Source: Campylobacterota bacterium
Lineage (GTDB): Bacteria > Campylobacterota > Campylobacteria > Campylobacterales > Sulfurospirillaceae
Assembly (NCBI GenBank): GCA_013151055.1
Contig: JAADIZ010000110.1
Coordinates: forward strand, 1-58,025
DNA: 58,025 nucleotides
Reading direction: 5' to 3'
The notes under the pieces are model-generated. The model saw nothing but the letters and a program-made list of their open reading frames with translations. It was not told the origin of the DNA and made no database searches. This document shows positions 32,513-43,100 of this stretch, piece by piece. Within the stretch, counting starts at the first letter, position 1. Each line of letters starts with the position of its first letter. The position numbers were made by a program, and so were the translations under genes.

Positions 32513-34696
32513 TTATAACACAATGGTAAATCTCACTCCATTTTTCTTTGTATTTTTTGCAAAAATTTTACCTTGCATTTTATTCTCTATGATAATTTGA
32601 GACATATATAGCCCTATGCCAGTACCATAGTTGTATTTTGTTGTAAAATATGGTTCAAAAATTCTATCTAAAATTTTCTCTTCTATGCCACCACAATTAT
32701 CCTCGATATGCAAAAATATTTTATTTTTTTTCTTTTGCGTAAATATTTCAATTTTCGGTTTTTTAATATCTCTTATCAGTGCAGTTTCTTTAGAATTTGA
32801 TAGTATATTTAGTAAAACCTGTGAAAATTCATTTGAATATCCATCTATGCAGATATTTTGATCTATATCTAAGTGAACTTTTATATTATGATATTTAAAA
32901 GATGAATGAATTATTTTCAAAGTTCTTTGTATGTTTTTTGCTAAATAAAATTTTTCTTTTTTGCTATTTGGATTATAAAACTCTCTGAAATCATCTATAG
33001 TTTTAGACATATATTCAACCAAATCATTAGCTTCATCTATCCTTTTAGATAGGTATTTTTTATCTAGTTCACCATAATCATATGCTGATTCTATATCAAA
33101 GAAAAGACCTGAAAGCTCTGATATCGGTTGCCTCCATTGGTGAGCGATATTTCCTATCATTTCTCCCATAGAAGCCATTTTTGATTTTTGTATTAAGAGT
33201 TTTTCCTGCTCTTCTTTTTCTATTTTCAATTGTATTCTCTCGCTAATATCTCTAAGAGATGAAAAAAGCAATGTCTCTTCCTCATGCTTGTACAGCACAC
33301 AGCTTAATTCAATATGTTTTCGAAGCTTGCCTTTTGTGATTAACAGAACTTTATCTAAGATTTCGTTTGTTTCAAAAAGAGTTTTTTTATTGATTTTTTC
33401 AAATAATTCAAAAAAATCCCTACCTATCAAATCTACTCCATATCCACTTAATTTTTTGGCGAGTGTATTTGTGCTGATTATAAAGGCTTTTTTATCCTTT
33501 GTTACTTTTGATATGATAAAGCCATCATTGCTATGATTAAAAAGTAATTGGTACTTTCTTTCGTTGCTTATAACTTTCAATTTATAATTTTTGAAGATTT
33601 TTTCTATTTTTTGGGCTACAGCATATGACAATAAAAAGAAAACAAGTGTAACAAAAGAAATAATTAAAATTAAAGAAACTATTTTCTCTTGTAAGTTTTT
33701 ATTTGAATTTTTTGTTTCTTGTTTGATGATGCTATTTATTCTCTTCAAGTCAACACCAAAAGAAATAAATAGTCTTTGATTTTTAAGAAAAGTCGAGTAT
33801 AAAAGTTTGTTTTTTTCCTTAAAAAAGATATTGCCTGCATACTGACTTTTTATCAATATTTTTTCCATGAAATCAACTGTTTGTTCTGAAGTTTTGATAT
33901 TTTTTGCAAGTATTGGTATCGAATACTTTTTTATATTGCTTAGACTATTGATTTTGTATATAAATACAAAATCATCATTGCTAAGCCTTCTTTTTTTTAG
34001 CTTGTCTTTTAGATATTTAATTACTAGGTTATTGTTTTCAGCGTATCTGCTTGAGCCTATAACTATATCGAGACCAAAAATATATTTTGAGTATGTTATC
34101 TTCTTTTTGATTTTACTGCTACCCGGCATGTACCATAAAAAATCTACAAACGAATTACTATCTTTTGATTTGTTTATAATTTCTTGAATAAATTTTTTGT
34201 TATTTATATCTATAAAATCTATAAAATTTTCCCCTTCATAACTCTTATATTTTGTATTAAGTAGATAAGTTCCATCTTTATCAAATATAAAATAATCTAT
34301 ATTTTCTTCATTGATAGATATATTTTGTATTGCGTTTTTTATATTTTTTATTATCGAGTTTCTATCATTCTTTTTATTTTTAAGATATATTAAATTGGCG
34401 ATTTTTTGAGCAATTTTGGTTTGTTTTTTTATGTTTTGTTTTATTCTGTGTTGTTGTGCCTTTTGCTCATACAGTATATCATCTCTTAAATTTTCTATAG
34501 CAGTTTTTATAGTAATTTTTTCTCTTTGAATGAGAGTTTTTTGAAAGGTGTCTAGGTGAATTTTAAATTCTTTGATTTGTAGATTGATAAGAACAAAACC
34601 TAATGTTAAGGAAATTAAAATAATAGCAAAAGTAGAGCCTAGTAGCACTATTTTTTTGATATTTTTTTCTTCTTTGGTTTTGTTTTTAATTGTCAA
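32513..34696 (-). CDS. Cache-domain/PAS sensor histidine kinase
   Basis: Two TM helices around a Cache-like domain (YFIFD...FVDFLWYMPG...KKITY), H-box IAHQWRQP, EDNCGG, FEPYFTTK, GTGIGL. Confidence 0.9.
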   Translation of the reverse strand: MTIKNKTKEEKNIKKIVLLGSTFAIILISLTLGFVLINLQIKEFKIHLDTFQKTLIQREKITIKTAIENLRDDILYEQKAQQHRIKQNIKKQTKIAQKIANLIYLKNKKNDRNSIIKNIKNAIQNISINEENIDYFIFDKDGTYLLNTKYKSYEGENFIDFIDINNKKFIQEIINKSKDSNSFVDFLWYMPGSSKIKKKITYSKYIFGLDIVIGSSRYAENNNLVIKYLKDKLKKRRLSNDDFVFIYKINSLSNIKKYSIPILAKNIKTSEQTVDFMEKILIKSQYAGNIFFKEKNKLLYSTFLKNQRLFISFGVDLKRINSIIKQETKNSNKNLQEKIVSLILIISFVTLVFFLLSYAVAQKIEKIFKNYKLKVISNERKYQLLFNHSNDGFIISKVTKDKKAFIISTNTLAKKLSGYGVDLIGRDFFELFEKINKKTLFETNEILDKVLLITKGKLRKHIELSCVLYKHEEETLLFSSLRDISERIQLKIEKEEQEKLLIQKSKMASMGEMIGNIAHQWRQPISELSGLFFDIESAYDYGELDKKYLSKRIDEANDLVEYMSKTIDDFREFYNPNSKKEKFYLAKNIQRTLKIIHSSFKYHNIKVHLDIDQNICIDGYSNEFSQVLLNILSNSKETALIRDIKKPKIEIFTQKKKNKIFLHIEDNCGGIEEKILDRIFEPYFTTKYNYGTGIGLYMSQIIIENKMQGKIFAKNTKKNGVRFTIVL

Positions 34697-35360
34697 TTTT
34701 TAATTTATATCCCATATTTGATATGTTCTTTATGATATTTTTTGGTAATTTTTTTCTCAAAAATCCTATGGTTGTTCTTAATGAATTTATACTCATATAT
34801 TCATCCTCCCAAACTTCTTGCTCAATCATATTATATGTAACGATTATATTCTTATTTTTTATCAAAAGCCTTAAAAAGTAGAGTTCTTTTTTTGTCATTT
34901 CCAACACATTATCATTTTGATAAAAAAGTTCACTTGAGAAATTATAATAAAAATTATCATCAAAAAATAGTTTTTTTTCTTTGGATATATTTGAAATTGC
35001 CTTTTGCAATGCTGGAATTAGATTTCTTTTTGTAAGTGGTTTTACAAGATACCGCTCAAGTCCGAGTTCTACAGCAGCTAACAGATACTTTTCATCGCTA
35101 AATGCTGTAGAAATTATTATTTTTACTTTTTCATCTTTTTCTCTTATTTTTTTTGCAAGTTCAATTCCATCCATCTTAGGCATTTTTATATCAGTCAAAA
35201 CAATATCGGGTTTTTTTTCTAAATATATATTGTAACCTTCCAAGCCATCACTTGCCTCAAAAACATCTTTGAACATTCGTTTTAGAATTCTTAGATTGAC
35301 AGCTCTTATGCCCTCATCATCTTCTATATAAAGAATAGTAAAATCATTAAATTCATCCAT
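34686..35360 (-). CDS. OmpR-family response regulator
   Basis: EDD, TDIKMPKMDG, YLVKP, winged helix ending NMGYK. Confidence 0.92.
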   Translation of the reverse strand: MDEFNDFTILYIEDDEGIRAVNLRILKRMFKDVFEASDGLEGYNIYLEKKPDIVLTDIKMPKMDGIELAKKIREKDEKVKIIISTAFSDEKYLLAAVELGLERYLVKPLTKRNLIPALQKAISNISKEKKLFFDDNFYYNFSSELFYQNDNVLEMTKKELYFLRLLIKNKNIIVTYNMIEQEVWEDEYMSINSLRTTIGFLRKKLPKNIIKNISNMGYKLKIDN

Positions 35361-35391
35361 GCATCCATCCTAAGACAATCTTTATTACTTA

Positions 35392-35510
35392 CTGCCTTAC
35401 GCACTATAATGAGCAAAGCCCATTATAGTGGCAGGGACTTTCACTCCCTACAACTCCCAGAAAAAGCCACAAAAAGTAGGATTTTTCGAGAAAAAAGTGC
35501 GTAAGGTCAA
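35392..35510. mobile_element. MITE-like element, copy 2 (119 bp)
   Basis: TIR core CCTTACGCACT/AGTGCGTAAGG; perfect 7-bp TSD TTACTTA (35385-35391, 35511-35517) that includes the tctA stop codon. Confidence 0.85.
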
Positions 35511-37031
35511 TTACTTATCTTCACTTGCTGCTATTTTAGCGAAAAACAATTGACTTATCAATGGCCATACAAGCATAACAATGGTTATAGCCAAAATACT
35601 TGCTGTCATTGTTCTCTCCCACAAAAAACTAAGTGAACCATCGCTGATAGTTAAAGCTCTTCTTAAATTGTTTTCCATCATACCACCAAGTATAAAACCG
35701 AGTATCATGGGTGCCATAGGGTAATCCACAATCCTCAAAAATACTGCTACAACTGAAAATAGAACCATCATATATATATCAAATGTATTAAATGTAACCA
35801 AATACACACCGATAAGAGAGAAAAATATAACTAAAGGCAAAAGTATCTGTCTTGGGGTTTCTAAAAGTTTTGCAATGTACGGAATTAGTGGTAAATTTAA
35901 AACTAAAAGTATAATATTTCCAATATACATGGATATTATAACCGACCAAAAAAGAGCAGGGTGATCAGAATACAAGGTAGGTCCAGGTTGAATTCCATAA
36001 GATATCAAGGCACCCAAAATAACAGCCGTTGTTCCACTTCCCGGAATTCCAAGCGTTAAAAGAGGAACAAATGAACCAGAACATGCTGCATTATTTGCAC
36101 TCTCGGGTGCTGCCAAACCTCTCAAACTTCCTTTTCCAAATTTTAATTTTTCTTTTGTACTTGCTATACTTCTCTCCATGCCATATGCTAAAAATGAAGC
36201 TATAGTGGCTCCTGCTCCTGGTAAAACTCCAACAAAAAATCCTAAAACTGAAGAGCGACCAATCACAGGTATAATTGTTTTCACTTCTGCTCTAGTAAGT
36301 TTTAAACTCCCTATCTCTTTTTTTAAAGCTGCTTTTTCTTCTTTTGTAATTTTTTTATTCTCAATTATGTTTATAAGAGCTTCAGAAAGCGCAAAAGATG
36401 CCATAGCTAAAAGTAAAAAACTTATTCCATCTATTAAATTCATATCTCCAAATGTATATCTTGATACTCCACTATCTGCATCTGTTCCAACAGTTGCCAG
36501 CATTAAACCAAAAAGAGTCATGATGGCTGCCTTTAAAAACTTGCCTTTACCTGCAAATGCAGCTACTGCCGTTAGCCCTAAAACCATCAAAGCAAAATAA
36601 TCAGATGATTGAAAACTTAATGAAACTTTTGCCAATACAGGTGCTGCGACTAGTAAAAATATAGCAGCAATAGTTCCCCCTGAAAATGATGAATAAGCAG
36701 CAATTGCCAAAGCTTTCCCTGCGTGTCCTTGCCTAGCCATTGGATATCCATCAAATGATGTTGCAACAGTTCCTGCAACTCCTGGAGCGTTTATAAGTAT
36801 AGAAGAGGTAGAACCACCAAAAATAGCACCATAATAAACCCCTGCTATCAAAATCAAAGCAGAAGAGGGGTCCATGCCATAAGTAATTGGAATCATCAAA
36901 GCTATAGCAGAAATGGGTCCAAGTCCAGGAAGCATGCCTATAAAAGTACCTGCAAAAGCACCAATGGCAACCATAAAAATATTGTAACCTGATAGTGCAG
37001 TTGTAATTCCTAGCCAAATACCATCCATCAT
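35511..37031 (-). CDS. tctA: Tripartite tricarboxylate transporter large permease
   Basis: GMLPGLG, FGGSTSSILINAPG, APESANNA, LTLGIPGS. Confidence 0.95.
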   Translation of the reverse strand: MMDGIWLGITTALSGYNIFMVAIGAFAGTFIGMLPGLGPISAIALMIPITYGMDPSSALILIAGVYYGAIFGGSTSSILINAPGVAGTVATSFDGYPMARQGHAGKALAIAAYSSFSGGTIAAIFLLVAAPVLAKVSLSFQSSDYFALMVLGLTAVAAFAGKGKFLKAAIMTLFGLMLATVGTDADSGVSRYTFGDMNLIDGISFLLLAMASFALSEALINIIENKKITKEEKAALKKEIGSLKLTRAEVKTIIPVIGRSSVLGFFVGVLPGAGATIASFLAYGMERSIASTKEKLKFGKGSLRGLAAPESANNAACSGSFVPLLTLGIPGSGTTAVILGALISYGIQPGPTLYSDHPALFWSVIISMYIGNIILLVLNLPLIPYIAKLLETPRQILLPLVIFFSLIGVYLVTFNTFDIYMMVLFSVVAVFLRIVDYPMAPMILGFILGGMMENNLRRALTISDGSLSFLWERTMTASILAITIVMLVWPLISQLFFAKIAASEDK

Positions 37032-37516
37032 GACTGTACTCCTAAGAAATATTCAAATATAACACCATTTTCAACATATATGCCTAATAATTGTGTCAAA
37101 AGTAACCAGAAAACGATGCTTACACCAAAAGAAGTCAATAGTATAATTTTCCAATTTTTTTCTTCTAATATCCTAAATCCAAATATCAAAAAAATTATTG
37201 TCGATATTACAAAACCCAGACTTCTTATGGTATAACCATAAAAAATCATTGCTAAGACAAGATATAAACCTTTTTTGAAATCATATGTTCTTAATTTTTT
37301 CATATCCATAAAATCATCTTTATCAATCTTGATAAATGAAAAAATTAAAATCAAAACAGAAACTAGAATTCCCAAAATTCCCAAATAATAAGGAAAAGTT
37401 TGTGCAGTCATAGTCTCATAATATGTACCTTTTAGTAAATGTATATCAAATGATTTATAAAAATAAAATGCTGAAAATATCAAAAAAAATGTTGCGCCTA
37501 TGCGACTTTTTACCAT
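37028..37516 (-). CDS. tctB: Tripartite tricarboxylate transporter small permease
   Basis: Small multi-TM protein between tctC and tctA; FP motif. Confidence 0.85.
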   Translation of the reverse strand: MVKSRIGATFFLIFSAFYFYKSFDIHLLKGTYYETMTAQTFPYYLGILGILVSVLILIFSFIKIDKDDFMDMKKLRTYDFKKGLYLVLAMIFYGYTIRSLGFVISTIIFLIFGFRILEEKNWKIILLTSFGVSIVFWLLLTQLLGIYVENGVIFEYFLGVQS

Positions 37517-37535
37517 TTTCTACTCCTAAAAATAG

Positions 37536-37561
37536 ATGAGAGGAATTTTCATTCCTCTCAT
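37536..37561 (-). terminator. Intercistronic stem-loop after tctC
   Basis: ATGAGAGGAAT-TTTC-ATTCCTCTCAT 11-bp perfect stem, followed by CTATTTTT on the coding strand. Confidence 0.65.
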
Positions 37562-37568
37562 GAAAATT

Positions 37569-38540
37569 TTATAAAAAACCCATCTCTTTCATCAAAGATC
37601 CGATAGTTTTTTCTTGATTTTCTAGAAAAACTCTAAATTTTTCACCTGGTTGGTATAAGTTTGTCCAGCCATTTCTAGCTCTTACAACTTCCCATGCTGG
37701 AGTCGAGTACATTTTCTTTAAAACTGATTGCAAGGCTGCAACTCTTTTTTTACTTAAATTTGGAGCACCAAAAAATCCTCTCCAATTTGCAAAGTATGCA
37801 TTTGTACCCATGCTTATAAATGATGGAATTCCCTCAAAAGGTTTTTTTGAAGTAACACCAATTATGCGAACTTGACCTTTTTTATCTTTATCTAAAACTT
37901 CTCCAAGTCCAGTTGAGAGTACATCTACTTCACCAGTCAAAAGTCCAGCCAATGCTTTTCCACCTGCGTCATACGGAACATATCTTACAGATTTTGGATC
38001 TCCTCCTGCTGCTTGAAAGATTTGAGCAGCTACAAGATGGTCCATGCTTCCACGAGAACTTCCACCTGCAATTTTTACATTTTTAGGATTGGCTTTAAAT
38101 GCTTTTAAAACATCTGCCCAATTTTTGTATTTTGAATCTGGACGAACAGCCAATACTTGATAATCCGCGATAACAGAAGCGATGAGTGTTAAATCACGAA
38201 ATGATTGAGGAAAGACGCCTTGAAGTGATCTGATAACAATTGGAGTTGAGTTAACCATCATTGTATTTTTTTGTTTTGCAGCAGTTTTAATTAGATAAGC
38301 AATTGCTTTTCCGCCACCACCGCCTGACATGTTTTCATAAGAGGCTTTTTTTACCAGACCAGATTTAGTAAGTGCTTCCCCGACACCTCTAGCTGTTCCA
38401 TCCCAGCCACCACCAGCACCTCCAGGAATTAGAAAGTGAATATAATCCAAACTGCTTGCCAATGAACTTGTGGCAAACCCCGTTACTAAACAAGCTGCAA
38501 GTGCAACATTTTTACAAATCTTACCAACATTAAATTTCAT
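37569..38540 (-). CDS. tctC: Tripartite tricarboxylate transporter substrate-binding protein (Bug/TctC)
   Basis: PGGAGGGWDGTAR, ENMSGGGG, NWRG; start at ATG 38540 behind AAAAGGAG with a signal peptide. Confidence 0.93.
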   Translation of the reverse strand: MKFNVGKICKNVALAACLVTGFATSSLASSLDYIHFLIPGGAGGGWDGTARGVGEALTKSGLVKKASYENMSGGGGGKAIAYLIKTAAKQKNTMMVNSTPIVIRSLQGVFPQSFRDLTLIASVIADYQVLAVRPDSKYKNWADVLKAFKANPKNVKIAGGSSRGSMDHLVAAQIFQAAGGDPKSVRYVPYDAGGKALAGLLTGEVDVLSTGLGEVLDKDKKGQVRIIGVTSKKPFEGIPSFISMGTNAYFANWRGFFGAPNLSKKRVAALQSVLKKMYSTPAWEVVRARNGWTNLYQPGEKFRVFLENQEKTIGSLMKEMGFL

Positions 38541-38661
38541 TTTTTCTCCTTTTTGTTGATTTGAGAAAATAGTAATGAAAAAAAGTGTAAAAAAAATCAA
38601 ATCCAAAAAAGAAATAATTAAGAATTTAAAATTTATGACTTATATGTAACAATTAGTAGCA

Positions 38662-40161
38662 TTATATGAGTTTTTTTATATCATCGGTTGATTTGATTTG
38701 CTGATCTCTCGTGTTAAATTTTTTTATTTCTAATTGCACAATATCGCCAGATTTTACTAAAAAATCCTTTATTTCTAAAAAATTAGTTTTCAAATTTTTG
38801 TTAGAAAGAATAAGAAAATCATCTCCTTCTAGTCTAAAAACAGAACAATCACCAAATTTATTTTGAAGTATTTTTGTAACTCTTTTTAACAATAAATTCC
38901 CACTATCCCAACCATATTTTTTATTATACGAACTAAAATTGTGAAGCAAGAGTACAATCAAGTACTTAGTTAAACTGGCATTTATATTTTGAATAAGGGT
39001 TAATTCAAGTTGAGCTTTATTGTGAGCTCCAGTTAGTTGGTCTTCAAAAAAGAAAGCAAATTTTTTCTCTTCCATGTATGTTGATGGCAACTGGGTTATG
39101 CCTTCATCAACCTCAATATCTTTAAAAACTTCCACAGCATGTTTAGCAACAGTGGGGTTAAATTGCGTTCCAGAAAAAGTTGATAACTCTTTTAAAGCCT
39201 TTATTTTACTCATTCTAAGCTTATATATGCGATTTGTGGTCATAGCATCAAAGGCATCAGCTACTATCATTATTCGTGCTAGAGGTAAAATTTCATTATC
39301 TTTAATTTTTGCGGGATATCCTTGCCCGTCGTGTCTTTCATGATGCTGAGCTATAATTTTGGATAACTCTTTGTACATTGGAATTTTTTGAAGCATATTT
39401 GCTCCTGTTGTGACATGCTCTTGAATTAGTGAAAACTCAAGCTTATTAAGCTTCCCTGGATTTAAAAGTACTGCATCAGGGGTTTCAATTTTGCCTATAT
39501 CATGTAAAATTCCAGCCTTATACACAAGTTCACATTCTTGTTGTGAAAAATTCATCTGTTGTGCTATCATTTTAGAATATGTTGCTACTCTTTGAGAATG
39601 TCCACCCGTATAAGTATCTCTTTTTTCAACTAACTCCACCAAAGACAAAAGAGTTTGTTCATAATTATCTATTTGTTCCTTTTGAAGCAAAAGATTTTGT
39701 GCTGTTTTTTCTTCAACCATCTCTTCAAGCTTTGTTTTATATCTTATATTCTCTTTTTGCATATTGATTGTACTGACAACTTTATAGAGTGTTGCGTTGA
39801 TTTTATCAAAATTTATTGGTTTGACTATATACCCGTTTACATCAAGTTCAATCGCTTTAAGAAGATAGTGAACTTCTGAAAATGCTGTTGTTATAAGAAT
39901 TTCTTGGTTAAGATTTTGTTTTCGTATAGTTTTTATCATCTCTATACCATTGATTTTTGGCATTTGAATATCAGTGATTACAATATCATAACTATTTTTA
40001 CTATATTTTTCCAATCCCTCTTCACCGTCTTGGGCAGTATCAACTCTAGCAAATACTAGCTTTAGATAGTTTGTCATTCCTTGGAGCAAATCTTTATCAT
40101 CTTCAACATATAAAATTGAGATATTTTGACCAAGTTTTTTTAACTCTTTTAAAAGAGGCAT
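38662..40161 (-). CDS. Response regulator with REC + HD-GYP phosphodiesterase + degenerate GGDEF domain
   Basis: EDD...TDIQMP...KP; RDTYTGGHSQRV, LHDIGK, HHERHDGQGYP, VADAFDAMT; C-terminal DQLTG...RLEGDDF; start at the ATG overlapping the upstream stop. Confidence 0.88.
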   Translation of the reverse strand: MPLLKELKKLGQNISILYVEDDKDLLQGMTNYLKLVFARVDTAQDGEEGLEKYSKNSYDIVITDIQMPKINGIEMIKTIRKQNLNQEILITTAFSEVHYLLKAIELDVNGYIVKPINFDKINATLYKVVSTINMQKENIRYKTKLEEMVEEKTAQNLLLQKEQIDNYEQTLLSLVELVEKRDTYTGGHSQRVATYSKMIAQQMNFSQQECELVYKAGILHDIGKIETPDAVLLNPGKLNKLEFSLIQEHVTTGANMLQKIPMYKELSKIIAQHHERHDGQGYPAKIKDNEILPLARIMIVADAFDAMTTNRIYKLRMSKIKALKELSTFSGTQFNPTVAKHAVEVFKDIEVDEGITQLPSTYMEEKKFAFFFEDQLTGAHNKAQLELTLIQNINASLTKYLIVLLLHNFSSYNKKYGWDSGNLLLKRVTKILQNKFGDCSVFRLEGDDFLILSNKNLKTNFLEIKDFLVKSGDIVQLEIKKFNTRDQQIKSTDDIKKLI

Positions 40162-43100
40162 TATGAAACCTTCTTTGGAAGCTCTATATAAAAACAAGTA
40201 TTACCGTCGTTGCTATCCCAATATAGCCTTCCACCAAGATGTTTTGATACTATTATCATCGACATATATATCCCTAGTCCTGTTCCATTTTTAGATTTTG
40301 TACTTACATATGGCTGACCTAGTTTATCTTTCACGGATGGATCTATTCCTCCACCATTATCACAGATTTTAAGCACTACATTTTGCTTGTTTTCATCGAT
40401 AGAAACGGTTATAACTCCGTGTTCATTATTCTTTTCTTTTATAGCATCTTTTGAGTTATTTATGATATTTATTATCACTTGAATAAGCTGATTTGGATAA
40501 GTAAATATTTTTATATCACCATTTTTTGGAAGAATAAGTGGGATATCATTATTTTGTAATGATTTTTGCAAAAGCGTAAGAATTTTTTCAAATATAGAGT
40601 TAAACGATATTGTCTCTTTTACAATGTCTGGCTTAAAAAAGTTTCTAAAATCATCAATGGTATCTGATAGATAAGATGATTGCTCATCAAGAGTTTTTAT
40701 ATACTCTTTAATATCTTTTGCTTTAATTTTGCCTTGTAACTCTAATTGTGCATGGATATTATTTGAAACCATAGATATGATAGACAGTGGTTGTCTCCAT
40801 TGATGTGCGATCATGGTAAGCATATCTCCCATAGCTGCTTGACGAGATTGTGCTAACATTATATCCTCTTTGTTTTGTAGTTCTGTTATATCAACCATTA
40901 CGCTTATCACAACTTTTTTATTGTTTTCATGAGGATTTTTTAGTAAAATCGAATTAAAGATGCCAACTCTTCTTTTTCCTGCCTTACTATATACCGTTTG
41001 TCTTTTTTGTTCCACTTTATTTGTTTTAAAAGGTTTTGCAAAAAAAGCTCTTAGAGATTTTCTCTCTTCTTCTTTACAAATATTTTCTACCAAAAAATCA
41101 GTATCGAGTATCTCCTCTTTTGTATAGCCTATACTCTCTTTTAAAATTTTATTTGCTATTAAAACTTTCCCATCTTCATCATATAACAAAATCGGTGTTG
41201 GTATAAACTCTATGATATTTTTGAGTTTATTTTTTTCATTTTCTAACTGATAGACAAGCAACTTAAGTTCTGTCACATCTCTTATGATTTTTAAAAAATA
41301 AAGAGGTTTCCCCATCTCATTTTTAAGAATAACTACTGCAATGTTTACCCAAACAATACCACCATTTTTACGAATGTAGCGCTTCTCTATATGGTAATTT
41401 TCTCTCTTGCCACACAAAAGTTCTTTTATCATTTTTTTATCATTTTGTATATCATCTAAATGCGTGATTTCAGCCACACTTAAATGTTTAAACTCCTCCT
41501 TGGTATATCCAAGAAGGTTGCAAAGATACTCATTTGCATCAATCCATTTTCTATCTAGTGAGGCATGAGCAATTCCGATATCAGCTTCTTCAAAAGTCAA
41601 TTTGTATAAATTTTCCTCTTGGGCTAGTTTTTTTAAGAGCTCCTCTTCACTTGTAATATCGATTCCAGAAGTGATAAGTCCCGTTATTTTTCCGCTTTCA
41701 TCTTTTGTGTAATTATTTGTCCAAGAAATTAGATGAGTTTTGCCTGATGCATCTACAATCGCATTTTTATAGTGTGATACAATCTGCATATCTTCATTTA
41801 CAACTTTATTAAATACATTTTTCACCTCATCTTGTATCTCTTTTGGTATGAAATTGCCTATAAAGCTCTTGCCTATCACCCAATCGTGTTCAACACCTAG
41901 CAATCTACACCCTTCTTCATTTAGCATTGTGATATTCCCACTCAAGTCAAGTGTCATAATTATAGTGCCATCAATGTTCATAAACAAATCTGCTAACTGA
42001 TGTTCATGTTGAGCTATTTTTTTAAGTCTATTTTTTTCTGTTATATCATGAAAGACTAAAACTGCACCTGTAATTTTTTTATTTTCAATGATAGGATTTT
42101 GTGATACTTCTACCTCAAAAGAAGTACCATTTTTTCTCCAATACAAATCCTCTTTTCTTTGAGAAATACCATTTATAAGGGCAGTATGCTGTGGACACTC
42201 TTTTAAGTGCTCGTGTTTTCCTTCAAATTTTGTTTGGTGCAAAAGCTGATGTACATCTTTGCCTAAAACATCCTCTCGTAAAAAACCCAGCATTTTAGCT
42301 GCTACATCATTTACGAATACAAGATTACCTTCAATATCCAAACCTATCATGCCATCAAATGTAGAGTTTAGTATCAACGAGAGATGTTGTTCTAGTTTTC
42401 TTGTGGCAAACATAGACCTCTGCAACTCTTCATTTGAGCTTTGTAGCTCTTCGTTTGATGTCTCTAGCTCTTCGTTTGAACTTTGTAGCTCTTCGTTTGA
42501 GCTTTGCAACTCCTCATTTAAAAGTTGCATATTTTCTCTGCTTATATACATTTTATCTAGCAGTTGACTATTTTGTTTTTTTATCTCTTGGAGCTGAGTT
42601 GTGAGAGTTTGAATCATGAATGATTCATCAGGTAAAAGCACATTATTTGAGTTAAACTCTAACTCTGCTGCACTTAATTTTTGAAAATATAGCAGTAAAA
42701 GAGTATTTTGACTTATATCTTTAAATGGATGTGCAACTATTCTAACGAAAGCAACATCAGTTTGACTGTTTATCTCTATAAATTTTGTTTTTTCTATTTT
42801 GCCTGAATTAAATGCTTTGGTGAGCAAAATCATTATATCATACCTAAGAATTTCATCTATATTGTCCAAGATATTTAGCGTTACAAATCCACTAGAGAGA
42901 TGGATAAAAGGGAGCTCCCCTTTTTTATATATAATAGAATAATCTTTATCAATCAATACGCATTCAGGAGCAAAAAAATCAAAAATCTTTTTAGATATCT
43001 GCTCTTCTATATTTACAGTTTGAGTTTTATCAAGTTTTATTGGTTTAGCTCTATCATTTAATTCGAGATGTTTTGAAAAATAGTGATTGGATATCTTTGG

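Noticed and set aside
38541-38606. N-terminal extensions in the ORF track for tctC (also HD-GYP 40162-40197, coaD 28488-28499, ilvI 18929-18943)
   Set aside because: Better RBS or stop-start overlaps support the downstream ATG starts.
42421-42519. 21-bp tandem repeat as CRISPR or VNTR
   Set aside because: In-frame NEELQSS heptads typical of CheB/CheR fusion proteins.
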